From NCBI GenBank assembly GCA_038496445.1, contig JALMLS010000232.1, positions 124,001 through 188,000 of the forward strand: 64,000 bases of DNA, in the 5' to 3' direction. Positions 35,624-46,326 of the stretch are shown piece by piece. A program made the position numbers and the translations under genes. Numbering within the stretch: the stretch's first letter is position 1; each line of letters begins with the position of its first letter. This stretch comes from Trichosphaerium sp. ATCC 40318. Its lineage: Eukaryota; Protista; Tubulinea. Under the pieces are notes generated by a model that had not been told where the DNA came from, searched no databases, and saw only the letters and a program-made list of their open reading frames with translations.

Positions 35624-38247
35624 ATGCTATCTTTAAGACTTTTCCCATTTGTCTTATTGTTGGTTGGTAACATTTCCTACGCACAAACACAGGGTAGTTG
35701 TCAATCTATTGGGATACTTTCAAACAGTGAAAACATTAAATTTGTGTAGTTATTACGACGTCATATGACCACCTTTGCGGAGACGACTTGGGTTGTTACT
35801 TGGGACAACCACAGTCAGAAGTTATTCATTTGTCATGTATGAATTTCGTGATTAAATCTACACCGTCAATGAATTCAAACAAGCAATTACTCACAACACG
35901 TGCGTATTTAGAAAGTGGTAACTCGTTTTAAATAGGTTTCTTCGACAAGCCCATTTCGTCCCATTTAATAATTGTAGCGGACAATATTAGTTTTACGCCT
36001 TCTTCATATCTACCCAATGTAACTTGTGAGGGGGTCACCAGAATAGATATAATTGGAAACAACCGCGACCTTACAATTAGAGGTCTAAACATTAAATGTC
36101 CAATGAGAGTTAATAACATAAACTCCTTGAAGCTTGAGTAAGTCGCCTGTCATAATCGTTAATTTTGACGCTTGATTGTTTAGTTCTTGTAGTTTCAATT
36201 CTATTACGGCTCCTGAGCCAGTACTGTCCATCCAAAACACGGTGTATACTTACCTATTCAGTTGTAAACGCTTACTTACCTGTAGAGCCGAAGCGTTAAT
36301 TTCGCAAAACAATTTTTGGGGAAACTCGATCACTGGATGCCGGAGTCTTTCCATAAGTTTACTCGTATCTGAAAGCAACAACATGACTACAATTCGAAAT
36401 TGTAAATTCGAAAACAATTCTATTCAAACAAATGCGAACTGTCCAAGGCGAGGTTTCATCTTTAAACAATATGGAAATGTACAATCACGTGATACTTTTT
36501 CTTTCAACTTATTAGTTCAGCTTGTTGTCAATGGCTCTTTTTTTCAGGATAATACACTCGAACCGAGCAATACAGGCATGATCAATTGTTTTTTTACAGG
36601 TTCATTAATCCCTTTGTTTAAGTTCTTTTGTCGGATAGCATCATCAATACAGTAAATACTATTTCTGTGAATATAGAAGGCACCAGTTTTGTGGGAAATA
36701 ATCTTGATATCGCTAGTGTTATTGACAACGCAAATAGCTCAAATACTAGTATAGTCCTTTGAACAGAAACAAAAATAATTGATAAGAATAGGATTTGTAG
36801 TATACACCGTGGATGGGGATGAAACGATAGTAAGATCATCGGTTTTTAAAGACAACATTGGATTAGAGTACGTTTCAACTATTTTTTGGAATGATGTGTC
36901 TTCTTTGCTACCATGCCTCAAAATTTAACAGTCTTCTAGCGTCATGTCATTACGGTACTCTGCAAATTAGTTTACCTCATTCACTAACTCTGAGACAGTA
37001 CGCAGTTTTCCAATATTGAGTAAGTGACGCAAATGAAACTAAAAGTATAAATGACGTCTAACTTTTCGTTTTTAGAGACGTCCACATTAATACGGATGGT
37101 ACAGTTACCACTAAACTTACAAAACTCTAAATCATATTCAGTTTCTCGGGTTCGTGTGGGTTGTAACTCTTGTAACTCTTCGATTTTACTACAGCGTACG
37201 TTAGAGATAGTCTTTCAAAGTAGTACTAAAGAATTATAAAGAAGGTTTTGCATTTATTACCCACTATGATTGTGAAAATGTAGATTTGTGTAATGATAAG
37301 AGAGTCGGCCTGTGTTGTTCAAGTACCCTTGAACAAGTAATTACAGTTATTAACAACCAACAGGGACACGTAATTTTACATACGAGAACTATTTTTATCC
37401 GCACCCTTGTGATAACATACTAACCTCAAGCGTACTACCTGCGGAATTTAAAGGTACGTCTAATGATTATTAAGTATACAAGCACAAAGTAACAATAAAA
37501 TAAGGTTGTAACACAACGCCGATGACGATTGCACCAGTTTTTGAAGACCCAACTTTAGCACCAGCAGATGAAAATTCTTGTCTCATTTGCGAACTCAACC
37601 GTTGTACTATTGTAGCCAATTGTAGTTCTGATGTTGTCGTTGTTGGTGATGTTGTGATTGATAAGGAGATCATTGTCAAAGGTGACTTCATAAACTACGG
37701 GGAAGTAACGCTTGTGTTGAATGATAATATAAATCTCAAGGTTACGGGTAATATCAACACCTTGGTACACAATCAATAGCTCACTTTTTTGCTCACAAAG
37801 GATGTGCTTTCCTTGGTAACTTCACTGTTGATGTATCAAATATTGATACGTCATCATCTGATCGTATTCCTATCATTGAAAGCACATGTGTTAATGGAAC
37901 AGTGGTTGTCGTTGGCGCTGATGAGTGTACATCAACTTCTCAAGAACATGATGGAAACAGGTAAATCTATCAGTTTCGTACTCAAATGATAACAAAGAAC
38001 CTTTTATTCAAACTGAGAACATGTTTATTTAGATTCCACTTGATATTTAATAGTGCCACATGTGATTCTTCGAATTTGGGTATAATCATCGGTGTTGTTC
38101 TTGGGCTTACTTTTGTGGTAAATGCAGTGTATTACCGTGTGTACCCTTATTCTTATTTAGATTGTTGTTGCAACGTTACTTATTGCCTTTTTCGTTCCTT
38201 CTTTGCGCAAGAAGATCTTCCCTTTCACACTAAGGAAAGGTAAGTAA
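35624..38247 (+). CDS. Type I surface glycoprotein, tandem array copy 4 (subfamily B)
   Basis: Signal peptide MLSLRLFPFVLLLVGNISYA, shared LTIRGLNIKCP, NCKFENN and ANCSSD motifs, a TM segment, and tail FVPSLRKKIFPF. Confidence 0.8.
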
Positions 38248-38695
38248 ATATCTAAGCATGTACTTAATAAAACACATTTGTTGCAAGATTTCCTAATGAC
38301 CACCATTTCTAAGAATCTTTTTCGGTTTTGTACTAATATGTTAAAAATCTCTACCTTTGAACGTACATCAACATAAGATTGTATTATTGGTTGCTTCTGT
38401 ACGTGAGGAGGTACTACCTTTTTCAGGAAATAGGTGAAAAAAAAAACAGAGTACTCGCGGTAATGAAACTAAATAAATTGCTTTTAGTTGTGGTTAAGCC
38501 CACTATTTTTTGACTATTTGAGTTGATACGTGTGTGGAATATCCATTTAACGGACATACCCAAGGATATAAATACAACAAGCTAAGTATAACCCTCATCA
38601 CACCCCAAGAAAATAAGTACAATCTGCGAAGCTATTAAGTAAGACCATCATTGACTTAAAATAGTCCAAATTTCAGAAAGCAAAACACGTGAAAG

Positions 38696-41335
38696 ATGCT
38701 ATCTGTAAGGCTTTTCACATTTGTCTTATTGTTGGTTGGTAACATTTCCTACGCACAAACACAGGGTAGTTGTCAATCTATTGGGATACTTTCAAATAGT
38801 GAAAACACTAAATTTTTGTAGTTATTACGACGTCGTACGAGCACCTTTGTGGAGATAACTTGGGTTGTTACTTGGAGCTGCCACAGCCAGAAGTTATTCA
38901 TTTGTCGTGTATGAATTTCGTGATTAACACCACTTCAACAATGAATTCAAACAAACAATTACTCACAACACGTGCGTATTTAGAAAGTGATAACTCGTTT
39001 TCTTTTACAAAGCCCATTTCGTCCCATTTAATAATTGTAGCGGACAATATTAGTTTTACGCCTTCTTCATATCTACCCAATGTAACTTGTGAGGGGGTTA
39101 CCATAATACATATAATTGGAAACAACCGCAACCTCACAATTAGAGGTCTAAACATTAAATGTCCAATGAGAGTTAATAACATAAACTCCTTGGAGCTTGA
39201 GTAAGTCGCCTGTCATAATTGTTAATTTTGACGCTTGATTGTTTAGTTCTTGTAGTTTCAATTCAATTACGGATCCTGAGCCAGTACTGTCAATCCAGGA
39301 TACGGTGTATACTTTCTATTCGGTTGCTAAAGCTTATTTACCTGTAGCGCCGAAGTACTGATTTCTCGGAACAATTTTTGGGGAAATACGATCTCTGGTT
39401 GTGGCCAGGATCTTTTGCTTAATTTGCTCGTATCTGAAAGCAACAACGTGACTACAATTCGAAATTGTAAATTCGAAAACAATACGATTAGAACAACAAA
39501 CTGTCCGCTTCAAGGTTTCATCTTTAAACAATATGGAAATGTACAATCACGTGATACTTTTTCTTTCAACTTATTAGTTCAGCTTGTTGTCAATGGCTCT
39601 TTTTTTCACAACAATACATTTGATTCGAAAAATACAGGTATGATCAAGTGTTGTTCAAAAGCTCTATTAACACGAATCTGAGTTCTTTCGTTGCATGGCA
39701 TCATTCAGACAGTAGATACTGTTTCTGTGAATATTGAAGGCACCAGTTTTGTAGGAAATAATCTTGATAACGCCAATGGCCTAGACATCGGTATTGTCTT
39801 TTGAACAGAACAAAATAATTGATAAGAATAGATTTTGCAGTAGTGTATGTGGTGAATGGAGATGAAACGATAGTAAGATCATCTGTTTTTAAAGACAACA
39901 TCGGATTAGAGTACGTTTCAACTATTGTTGGGCATGTTGTTCCAGCTGTATCCGTCGTGACCCTCACTGCCAGATATCGATCTAACCTTCTTCTAGCGTC
40001 ATGTCATTAAGGTGCTCTAAAAACTAGTTTACCTCCTTCACTACTAACTCTGACGCTGAAACAGAACAAATTCTTCTACTATTGAGTAAGTCTAAAGAAA
40101 TTAAAAGTACTGAATGAAATCTTACTTTATTTGTTTAGAGATGTCCATATTCGCATGGATGGTACAGTTGATATAAACGCACAAAAATCTAAACAGTATT
40201 TCTAGGTGCCATGGTTGTTGTTCATGTGGGCTGTAACACTAATAACAAAACAATTATACTACAGCGTACGTTAGAGATAGTCTTTCAAAGTAGTACTAAA
40301 GAATTATAAAGAAGGTTTTGATTCATTTATTACCCACTATGATTGTGGGAATGTAGATTGGTGTACTGAAACGAGAGCGAACTTGTGTTGTCCAAGTACC
40401 TTATACAAGTTGATTTACTAATAAATAATCAACAGGGACACAAAATTTTACATACGAGAACTATTTTTATCCGCACCCTTGTGATAACATACTAACCTCA
40501 AGCGTACTACCTGCGGAATTTAAAGGTAAGTTTAATGATTATTAAGTATACAAGCACAAAATGACAACAACCAAAGGTTGTAACACAACGATGACGATTG
40601 CACCAGTTTTTGAAGACCCAACTTTAGCACCAGCAGATGAAAATTCTTGTCTCATATGTGAACCCAACAGTGTTGGCTGTAGTATTGTAGCCAATTGTAG
40701 TTCTGATGTTGTCGTTGTTGGTGATGTTGTGATTGATAGGGAGATTACTATCATCATTGGTGATTTCATAAATTACGGGGAAGTAACGCTTGCATTGAAT
40801 GATAACACAAACCTCAAAGTCACAGGTTCTATCAACATCTTGAAAAAAAATAACTTTTCACAACTCACTCGTTTACTAAGGATGTGTTGTTCTCGGTAAC
40901 TTCACTGTTGATGTATCAAATATTGATACGTCATCACCCGATCGTATCCCTATTATTGAAAGTACATGTGTTAATGGAACAGTGGTTGTCGTTGGGGCTG
41001 ATGAGTGTACATCAACTTCTCAAGAACATGATGGAAGCAGGCGAGTATATCACTTTTATTCACTTTATTGAACTCTAGTTACAGTATTCTAATGTAAGGT
41101 TTGTTCAGATTCCACTTGATATTTAACAGTGACACGTGTGGTGATCCTTCGAATTTGGGAATAATCATCGGTGTTGTTCTTGGGCTTACTTTTGTGGTAA
41201 GTGCAGTGTATTACCGTGTGTACCCTTATTCTTGTTTAGATTGTTGTTGCAACGTTACTTATTGCCTTTTTCGTTCCTCCTTTGCGCAAGAAGATCTTCC
41301 CTTTCGCACTCAGGGACAGGCAAGCAAATATCTAA
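38696..41335 (+). CDS. Type I surface glycoprotein, tandem array copy 5 (subfamily B)
   Basis: Close paralog of copy 4, including the upstream region. Confidence 0.8.
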
Positions 41336-41607
41336 ACGACTGACAATAAAACACATTTATTTCAAGATTTGCTAGTGCCCACCATTTCGAAACAAAGAAA
41401 CGGCAATTAATACTATACACTGCAGTACCTTTGTGACATGAGCCATCTATTTTTGGTTTAATAAGTTAACAGCAGAAAACTTAAGAGCGTTTTGGGAATA
41501 CTTGATTAAAAATACATGCTAGTGTTTACATATGATACAGGCCTCATGCGGCTCGTGGAGAAAGTGGTAACAAGCTTCTGGGTGTTATGTTTTCGTATAT
41601 AAACCTA

Positions 41608-42042
41608 TCACCAGGATACTGTGCATAAGGGACTTTCTGAGCAGTTGCTCGTGGAATAACACCCGATACCATAATACTATTATCGTTACTTAACTCTGTG
41701 GAGGCGATAACAAAAACACGACCAAAACATCCCTAAAAAGATATTAACCACAAAGTGTACACTCTAGACTGTAGTACATTTTTTTTGCATGTAACGTAGT
41801 AGTCAATTACAGGTATTCCATTATCGGAAGATTGCCATCTATCTCATGTTTTAGATAAAGAACGAGAAAGAAGACAACGTACTGGTATTTGCAAATAGTT
41901 TGATGGTTTACTAGTAAGAACTCGCCACAATTCTTGCATTGGCACTTGCGAACCCAATTCTTTTTTGCTGCTCTACCTAGCGAGGGAGTAAGTACACCAT
42001 AATAAACAGATAGTTCTAGGTACGTTTTGAAAAGAATGCCAT
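41608..42042 (-). CDS. Small Cys-rich hypothetical protein (~100 aa, 4 exons)
   Basis: Three GT-AG introns splice in frame to MAFFSKRRAAKKNWVRKCQCKNCGEFLLVNHQ...IDYYVTCKK...GCFGRVFV...LCTVSW*. Confidence 0.55.
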
Positions 42043-42331
42043 AAGATATGAGTAGGAGTTGTTGTGTGTTTGAGTTTTTTATGATTTTTATGAATGTACG
42101 AAAATCCAAAAGTAATAAAATCCATTTTTAGGTTTTCTGTCTTTGCAAAAACGTAGATGGTACACATAATCACTATTCATGTTTAAAACAAAAGCTATCG
42201 CTTCATTTCGACATGAACAAAGGTTTACACGAAAACAGGGTTTTCGTGTCGGAGATTAAAAACTCCCAAAAAAAAAACTGGGCAAGTTTTCTCTAATGTA
42301 CAAGCAGTTTTCTTTTTCTTGCTGATTTATT

Positions 42332-44005
42332 TTAGCTTTGCAGTATTTCTGCTACTGCAGGAGATAAATGCATAGCTTTTAACGCGTGATTAAAGTGCCA
42401 CACAACGCGTAATTCATAATCTACATCACATAATGTTAGCACTCTCTTCCATCCAGTATACCACCGTAGTACTTCTTCAAAGTCAGGAGAAGCTTTAAGC
42501 CAATTTTCAAGACCAGTGTGCCATTTTGGGAAAAAAAAAGTTTCGAGCATTTTCGCCATGTATGTTGACCCAATAACGCCCTTCCACGCTATGAATACTT
42601 CAAAAACATGTAAGTCTTGATTATGAGGGTTCATAACAAAATTATCAGAAAGCCAAGCCAATAATTTAGGAAGCAAAACTTCCTCAAGTAATCGTCTAGC
42701 AATAAGTCGTGATGTATGACTTAACATATCAATCACAGGTAAAACTGAAATATCATCTGCTTTCCATTCTTCCCTTAGCATAGGTATGAGCTTAACACAT
42801 AACGCTAAACTGACTTGTTCCATGTCGTTACCAAGAAATACTGACCAAGGCATCATACGGTCCAAGACAACTTTGTTTTTGCCATCCCATACCTCAGCAT
42901 GACTCTCGAGAGTTGGTACAATAGTATTAATTATAACATTGTCCAAATGAAGCGGTTTAAACCAAGCTTTAACAAGGTAAAAACACTTTATATTAATCGC
43001 TTCAACATTCTGAAAATCGGCACGCCAGTCGCACCAAACAAATCTACGAATATCCTCCTGTATAATTCCAGATATCGCAGACCACAGCCGATGTGTTCTG
43101 AAAGACATTTGATTCTTCATAAAGTCTTTCCAAACGTAAAACTTGTCAACATGTTTTTCGATCCTCCTTCTAAATGAAGCACTTTTTATACCTTTTATAT
43201 CATCGTATTGCCATGAAAATACCTCGATACACATAATAGGGAACGCCCATATCGTTGCAAGCTCTTTAAGCTGTAGTTTAGCGTAATCATCGAACATGTG
43301 TAGAAAAATTGTAAAACAATGTGACAACGTCTTGAACGACACGCGTTCACCTTGCTTTTCTGATCCTTGCGTAGGTATAAAGCGTTGTAGAGCCTGTAGA
43401 ACGTCACCAAGCGCTTTGAATTTATCTGGGCCATCATTGGAAATGTTCAAGAGTGTTTGTATACGTTCTGAAAGGTCTGGATGGTTGTTGTTTATAGGAC
43501 AAGCAGTAAACGTAGTTTTAAGTTCGTGTGTTTTGTTGACATCTACCAACGTGTCCAGACGCTCGTATTCGCTATCAACCAACGTTTTTATTCTGTTAGA
43601 GAAGTCATCAATCTGTGAAAGCTCTTCTGTGGAAAACTGTGGTTCTGGCTCGCGGTTGGGCGTAGAAGTAGTTCTTGCGCGTTCTCCGTTCCCTGGAACA
43701 CACGATAGATAATGAACAGGCTCAAAATCGTAATTTTCCTCCTGTTGAAGTGGTCTGTTTCGTGTCCGTTGTTTAGGCACATAAAAGGTTTGGCGAGGTG
43801 GTTCTTCGTTGTTTTTCGCTTGTTGAGAGATTACAGTGCTGGATAAACCAGTTGTCCCAGGATTATTAAATGGAAGTACGGGCGCAGCTCTACCATCCTC
43901 GTTTAGTCCTATACCACCAGAACCCTTGTAGCCCCATTTTTTCATTAATTTGTAACCAACGCCTGTAGTGTGACGTTGCCATCCGCCCCTTTCCACTGTT
44001 GCCAT
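42332..44005 (-). CDS. TFIP11: Tuftelin-interacting protein 11 (Ntr1/Spp382)-like, G-patch + GCFC, intronless and shortened
   Basis: The G-patch reads WQRHTTGVGYKLMKKWGYKGSGGIGLNEDGRAAPV. The C-terminal region has MNPHNQDL, FFFPKWHTGLENWL and PDFEEVLRWYTGWK. Confidence 0.85.
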   Translation of the reverse strand: MATVERGGWQRHTTGVGYKLMKKWGYKGSGGIGLNEDGRAAPVLPFNNPGTTGLSSTVISQQAKNNEEPPRQTFYVPKQRTRNRPLQQEENYDFEPVHYLSCVPGNGERARTTSTPNREPEPQFSTEELSQIDDFSNRIKTLVDSEYERLDTLVDVNKTHELKTTFTACPINNNHPDLSERIQTLLNISNDGPDKFKALGDVLQALQRFIPTQGSEKQGERVSFKTLSHCFTIFLHMFDDYAKLQLKELATIWAFPIMCIEVFSWQYDDIKGIKSASFRRRIEKHVDKFYVWKDFMKNQMSFRTHRLWSAISGIIQEDIRRFVWCDWRADFQNVEAINIKCFYLVKAWFKPLHLDNVIINTIVPTLESHAEVWDGKNKVVLDRMMPWSVFLGNDMEQVSLALCVKLIPMLREEWKADDISVLPVIDMLSHTSRLIARRLLEEVLLPKLLAWLSDNFVMNPHNQDLHVFEVFIAWKGVIGSTYMAKMLETFFFPKWHTGLENWLKASPDFEEVLRWYTGWKRVLTLCDVDYELRVVWHFNHALKAMHLSPAVAEILQS

Positions 44006-44208
44006 TGCTTGGATAATTAAATAAATAAATCAATAAATTGGCTGTACAATTTGCTGAAAGCGCTTTAAGCAATGCGAAGGCGCAACACTAATCACCGAAC
44101 CTAGTCTACAATATTTGCTGTTTTAACGTCTTAATTTCAAGGCTTAGAATGAAAAAGTAGCGAAATTTAAGTGCGATTTTTCACGCTGTTTGTTCCACGA
44201 GCAGTGCA

Positions 44209-45425
44209 ATGTCTAATGTTGGGCGTGGATCAGCACGTATAAAGAAAGAAATAAAAGAGGAACCTACACTGTTTGGCGAGATAAACGTTACACGGTAATT
44301 ACCAAAGCCTCAATTATTAACTAAATTATGCACTTTCAGAGCAAATACGAACGTTTGGTTAGTAAAAGTCCCAGCATTTGTCGCTTCAGAGTGGGATAAC
44401 GCAAAAAATGGCGACGATTTAGGCCAATTAAAGGTTGTACGCAAAAATCGCACCACAGACGTACGTACTACACCAAAAAAAGATTATTTATTATGAGTAC
44501 TCAATACATACGCTGAACGTAATACTTTACGCTATGCGTGCGTAAAGTATTTAAATTATTAATTAAATTTTGAAATATTAGCAACTTTTAACCAATTCCT
44601 TATCTGTCGCCTTCTCACGCTCTATCAGGTTACTGCCGATTTAATTATGCCAGTGAATCTCGAAAGGCAATTTAAAATGACAGTACAGGCTCCCGCCGAT
44701 CCAACTTTTGTTTTCACAGAGGTACATTTCAACAAAAAATTATTGTGCTTGACACCATGATTGATATTCTTTGTAGACATTGAGAACTGGATCCCTCGGG
44801 ATGGAAGGCAAAGTTACATATCGATGTGATTTAAAACCAGCCAACACTGCCAAATACAGGTTAAAATATTCCCTTACGCCTCCATTGCTAACTAAAAGCG
44901 TAGAAACCTCATCAAAAGTCGTGTAACAGAAGCAAACAAAAAAGGTCCTCCTCTTGTGCGTTTCTTCAAATATCAAGCGCTCTACCCTTCTAAAACAAAG
45001 ACTACAGGTACAAATAAAAGGTAGACCTAGTACAAATCTCGAAGTTAAAAAATGGGAGAATCCACTCGCTAGGAAGGTATGAAGAACAAATTTTCTACAT
45101 TTGATGGCGTTTATAAAGTTAAATCATCACCTTGGGATTTTTTTTGTTAATGTCCACTAGCGTTACGAGAGAAGAGAACGTAGAGATAAAAACCAGCTTA
45201 TTCAAGAGCTTTTGGACCTATTCGCTAAACAAGAATTCTTTCATGTCAAACAACTTAACGAAGTTGTAGAACAACCTATTGTGCGTAATAGGTGTATAAG
45301 AGAGAACACTAATTATTACTCAGACTTGGCTAAAAGAAGTCTTGGTAGATATTTGCGATCTACACACGTCAGGACCACATAAGAGCTTGTATAGTTTGAA
45401 AAAAGAGTATAGGACACCTGCATAA
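44209..45425 (+). CDS. GTF2F2: General transcription factor IIF subunit beta (RAP30/Tfg2)
   Basis: Exons read VWLVKVPAFVASEW, RRERRDKNQLIQELLDLF and QPI-TWLKEVLVDICDLHTSGPHKSLYSLKKEYR. Confidence 0.88.
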
Positions 45426-46326
45426 GTACTATGAAATAAGGTACAACCGACTTTAGGAATTTTTTAATGGATTACTAAATGGTTATCAACTTTAACTTAC
45501 AATTCGTGCCTCCAGTAGCAATTTGCTCACTTTTTGTTTGCTTTACAACAGAAGAAAATTTAAACGCAGTGTATATTCACCATACGTTAGGATGTCATTG
45601 ATGTTTGGATACTTCTATGGGCATTGCAATGTGAAAATGAAATGTCCTTGACTTGACGCCTCCCATCATTTTTTTATAACCTCTCTACAACGTTGTAGAT
45701 ATAAACCGCAATTGTAAATTTCCTACTTTTTGTTGCGTCAAAAAACAAGGCACTAGTGATTTAATTGGTGCACTTAATCCAAACGAGTACACAACCACGC
45801 CAGACGCAAAGGCGAGGTATACGGCATTGAAACCAAACATTGGCAATTGCGGCCAGTTTCAAGCACGCGTGAATTGCAAGGAAAACAACGTGGTACGCTT
45901 GTATGCGCTTTTGGACCTACGAGGTGTACCAAAAACAATCAACGCCGCTATTTGGTTCAGCTTGATAGAGTTTCAGTTTTGCGCTCAAGGCATGAAAGAA
46001 GGTTTCAACCTACGCTCGGCCGCGAACGCTAAGCTACAAAACCTAACGGTTAATCTACACTCTGTATCAGGCTGAAGGCGTTTTTTTGCCGTAAAACCTT
46101 CGCAAAATGACACCAGAACCATTGGTAGTTGTGCTACGGGTTCCTTTTGAGCTTTTTGACGATTTGCGTGCACCTTTGTAAAACTTCCCAAAAACCCTCT
46201 TGTTGTATTTGCCTAACGTCTTGTCAGTGCACAAGATTGACTAGCACGTCTGAACGGCAATAACAGGCATAAATCCTCAAAGCTGCCCAAACATAACCAA
46301 CGTTTCCGTAGCTACGCACCTACGCG

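Noticed and set aside
30685-41078. Recurrent ORF 'LVTSLLMYQILIRHHLIVSLLLKVHV' as a separate small gene family
   Set aside because: It is an off-frame reading of the conserved 160-nt exon. The spliced frame reads GNFTVDVSNIDTSS.
45760-46300. Relatively GC-rich intergenic stretch as a structured ncRNA or small gene
   Set aside because: No tRNA, snRNA, SRP or RNase P/MRP motifs were recognised, and the ORFs lack ATG or homology. It is most likely promoter/5' UTR of the AT-hook gene. An Rfam search would settle it.
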